Shown here: one piece after another, positions 57,511 through 59,104 of the stretch | Layout of the letters: every line of letters begins with the position of its first letter | Position numbering within the stretch: the first letter of the stretch is position 1 | UHGV virus genome: UHGV-0025827 | Source of the DNA: a virus | Length of the DNA: 59,104 nt | Reading direction: 5' to 3' (one strand) | Made by a program: the position numbers and the translations under genes | The notes under the pieces: generated by a model | What the model was told of the DNA's origin: nothing | Database searches by the model: none | What the model saw: only the letters and a program-made list of their open reading frames with translations

Positions 57511-58275
57511 ATGGCTGTATTGGGTATCACCGATGATGGAGTAGTCACCGCCGCTAACCTCGCCAGGCTGGCGGCGGTTGCCGTTGCAGTAATCAACACG
57601 GCAGCTGCTATCGAGATGGCAGAGAAGCAGGAGAAGCTGGCTAAGAACTACCTCAAAATCGCGCAGGAACAGAACCAGTATTACTACGATGTGTATGTGC
57701 CTTGCGAAGATGCCGAGCTGGAAGAAGCCTGTAGTGCCGCCCTGTACGAGCAACACACTGACGTGCAGGTTGGCCGCTACAAAAACTCTGTGCGTCACGA
57801 CCTGGCCCGCCAGCCACAGAAAGCACTGGAGTGCTTGAGCCGCTACTGCACCGGGAAGAAGGCCGCGCTCATCAAGGATGCTGTGATGGCTGAAGCGCAG
57901 GCGCTGTCGGCGGCAGGTAACCTGGGGCGTCGGTACGAAGAACAGTACGCGGATGCGAAGGATGACCTGCGCTGGGCACGTCGCGCACAGGCACTGGCTC
58001 GTGGTCGTGACATGATGGCACAGGCTGTGAACTTCGCTGGCTTCGCGTATGGCCTGTTCGGCAGGCTGGGTGACCAGGCAGCGAAAGGGGCAGCAGGTGC
58101 CATTGGCTACCTGGGCTATGCGAGTGCGCGGAACGAGACTATCTATCCGAACCGTACTCCGCTATCTCGCCCGACGCAGCAGGCACCGCTTGGCGAATCT
58201 TACCCGCTCCCGCAGCCGGAGATTCAAACTATCCAGCCAGAGACTCCGCGTCCTAAACGCCGTATCAGGGGGTAA
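57511..58275 (+). CDS. hypothetical structural protein, paralog A
   Basis: 254 aa; ATG embedded in GTATAATATTATGG; paralogous to the next gene. Confidence 0.6.
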   Translation: MAVLGITDDGVVTAANLARLAAVAVAVINTAAAIEMAEKQEKLAKNYLKIAQEQNQYYYDVYVPCEDAELEEACSAALYEQHTDVQVGRYKNSVRHDLARQPQKALECLSRYCTGKKAALIKDAVMAEAQALSAAGNLGRRYEEQYADAKDDLRWARRAQALARGRDMMAQAVNFAGFAYGLFGRLGDQAAKGAAGAIGYLGYASARNETIYPNRTPLSRPTQQAPLGESYPLPQPEIQTIQPETPRPKRRIRG

Positions 58276-58278
58276 CGT

Positions 58279-59104
58279 ATGGCATGTGCATGTTCAATGG
58301 GCAACTGGAGCACCGGGAAGGTAACCACGAACACGGTCAACACCGAGAACGTGAAGACCTTCCTGGGCATGAAGTCGAAGTATGCAGATGATGACAGCTC
58401 TGGTTTCTACCCGAACCCGAAGGTGACCGACAGCGGCGTTGAGGGTAACGCGCAGTGGTCCAGCCTGGCGGCTACAGCTGTGGCCACCATCAACACGCTC
58501 GCTGCGATTAAGATCGCCAACAAGCAGTACGATATCGCCCGCTCCTACTACAAGATGGCGCAGCAGAAGTGGGACCGATTCAAGAACAAGTACATGCCGT
58601 GCGAACGCACCGAGATGAACGAAGCGTGCAACACGCCAGAGTACACGAAGCGCTACGACAGCTCGGCGCAGACCTGGATGAACGAAGTGGAGCGCAACTT
58701 CGCCCAGGCCCGCAGCCGCATCGACGTGCTGAACGCGCTGTACTGTGTGTGCCCGGACCCGTCGCTGGCGCAGGACATGTCGCTCATGACCAGCCTGGCC
58801 GCAGGGGATACCGGGAACTTCGCGTACCGTTACGAAGAACACCGTAAGGATGCGAAGGACGATGTGCGCTGGACGCGCAGGCAGCAGGCGCTCAACCGTG
58901 GGCGTGACCTCCAGTCAACTGCCGCACGTTATGCTGAAGCAGCTGCCAATGCGTATGGTGATGTGGGTAACAAGATTGGCCAGGCAGCGGAAGGTGCCAT
59001 GTCAGCGATTGGGTATTTTATGAATCGTAATGATACAATCTACCCACAACGTCAGCCGCTGCAACGTCCGGCCAACCAATACCTGGGTGGCGCGTTCATC
59101 GGAG
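58279..59104 (+). CDS. hypothetical structural protein, paralog B (partial, runs off the window end)
   Basis: Shares ...ATINT.AAI..A.KQ.......Y...Q...Y...Y.PCE..E..EAC.. and YEE...DAKDD.RW.RR.QAL.RGRD with 57511..58275. Confidence 0.55.
   Translation, partial: MACACSMGNWSTGKVTTNTVNTENVKTFLGMKSKYADDDSSGFYPNPKVTDSGVEGNAQWSSLAATAVATINTLAAIKIANKQYDIARSYYKMAQQKWDRFKNKYMPCERTEMNEACNTPEYTKRYDSSAQTWMNEVERNFAQARSRIDVLNALYCVCPDPSLAQDMSLMTSLAAGDTGNFAYRYEEHRKDAKDDVRWTRRQQALNRGRDLQSTAARYAEAAANAYGDVGNKIGQAAEGAMSAIGYFMNRNDTIYPQRQPLQRPANQYLGGAFIG

Noticed and set aside
1-59104. Temperate lifestyle (integrase, repressor, attP) or phage-encoded RNA polymerase
   Set aside because: No tyrosine or serine recombinase-like ORF and no large RNAP-like ORF were recognised. 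Promoter-like elements look sigma70-type.

Overview
This window looks like most or all of a virulent tailed dsDNA phage genome, roughly 57% GC, with no integrase, tRNA, CRISPR array or phage RNA polymerase visible. It has three modules. (1) Plus strand 36363 to the window end, continuing at 1..11557: a late operon carrying three paralogous tail-fibre genes, small and large terminase, portal, scaffold, major capsid candidate, head/tail genes, a giant 2467-aa virion protein and a lysis cassette (TM protein, SAR endolysin, Rz with embedded Rz1). The late operon therefore wraps around the window ends, consistent with a circularly permuted or arbitrarily opened genome. (2) Minus strand 11505..34951: about 40 early and replication genes, including an AEP primase-polymerase fused to an SF3 helicase, an SSB-like protein, SNF2 helicase, VRR-NUC, a Cas4-like nuclease, family-A DNA polymerase, DHH phosphoesterase, a ParB-like nuclease-domain protein and many small ORFans. 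(3) A roughly 1.4 kb non-coding control region (34952..36362) between the divergent units, containing iterons, an AT-rich island and operator-like inverted repeats. The most striking sequence-level signal is a highly over-represented palindromic motif, CATAAT(A/G)TTATG, found more than 20 times and very often overlapping start codons on both strands or sitting in regulatory hairpins. Product calls are inferred from motifs recognised by eye, since no database search was possible.
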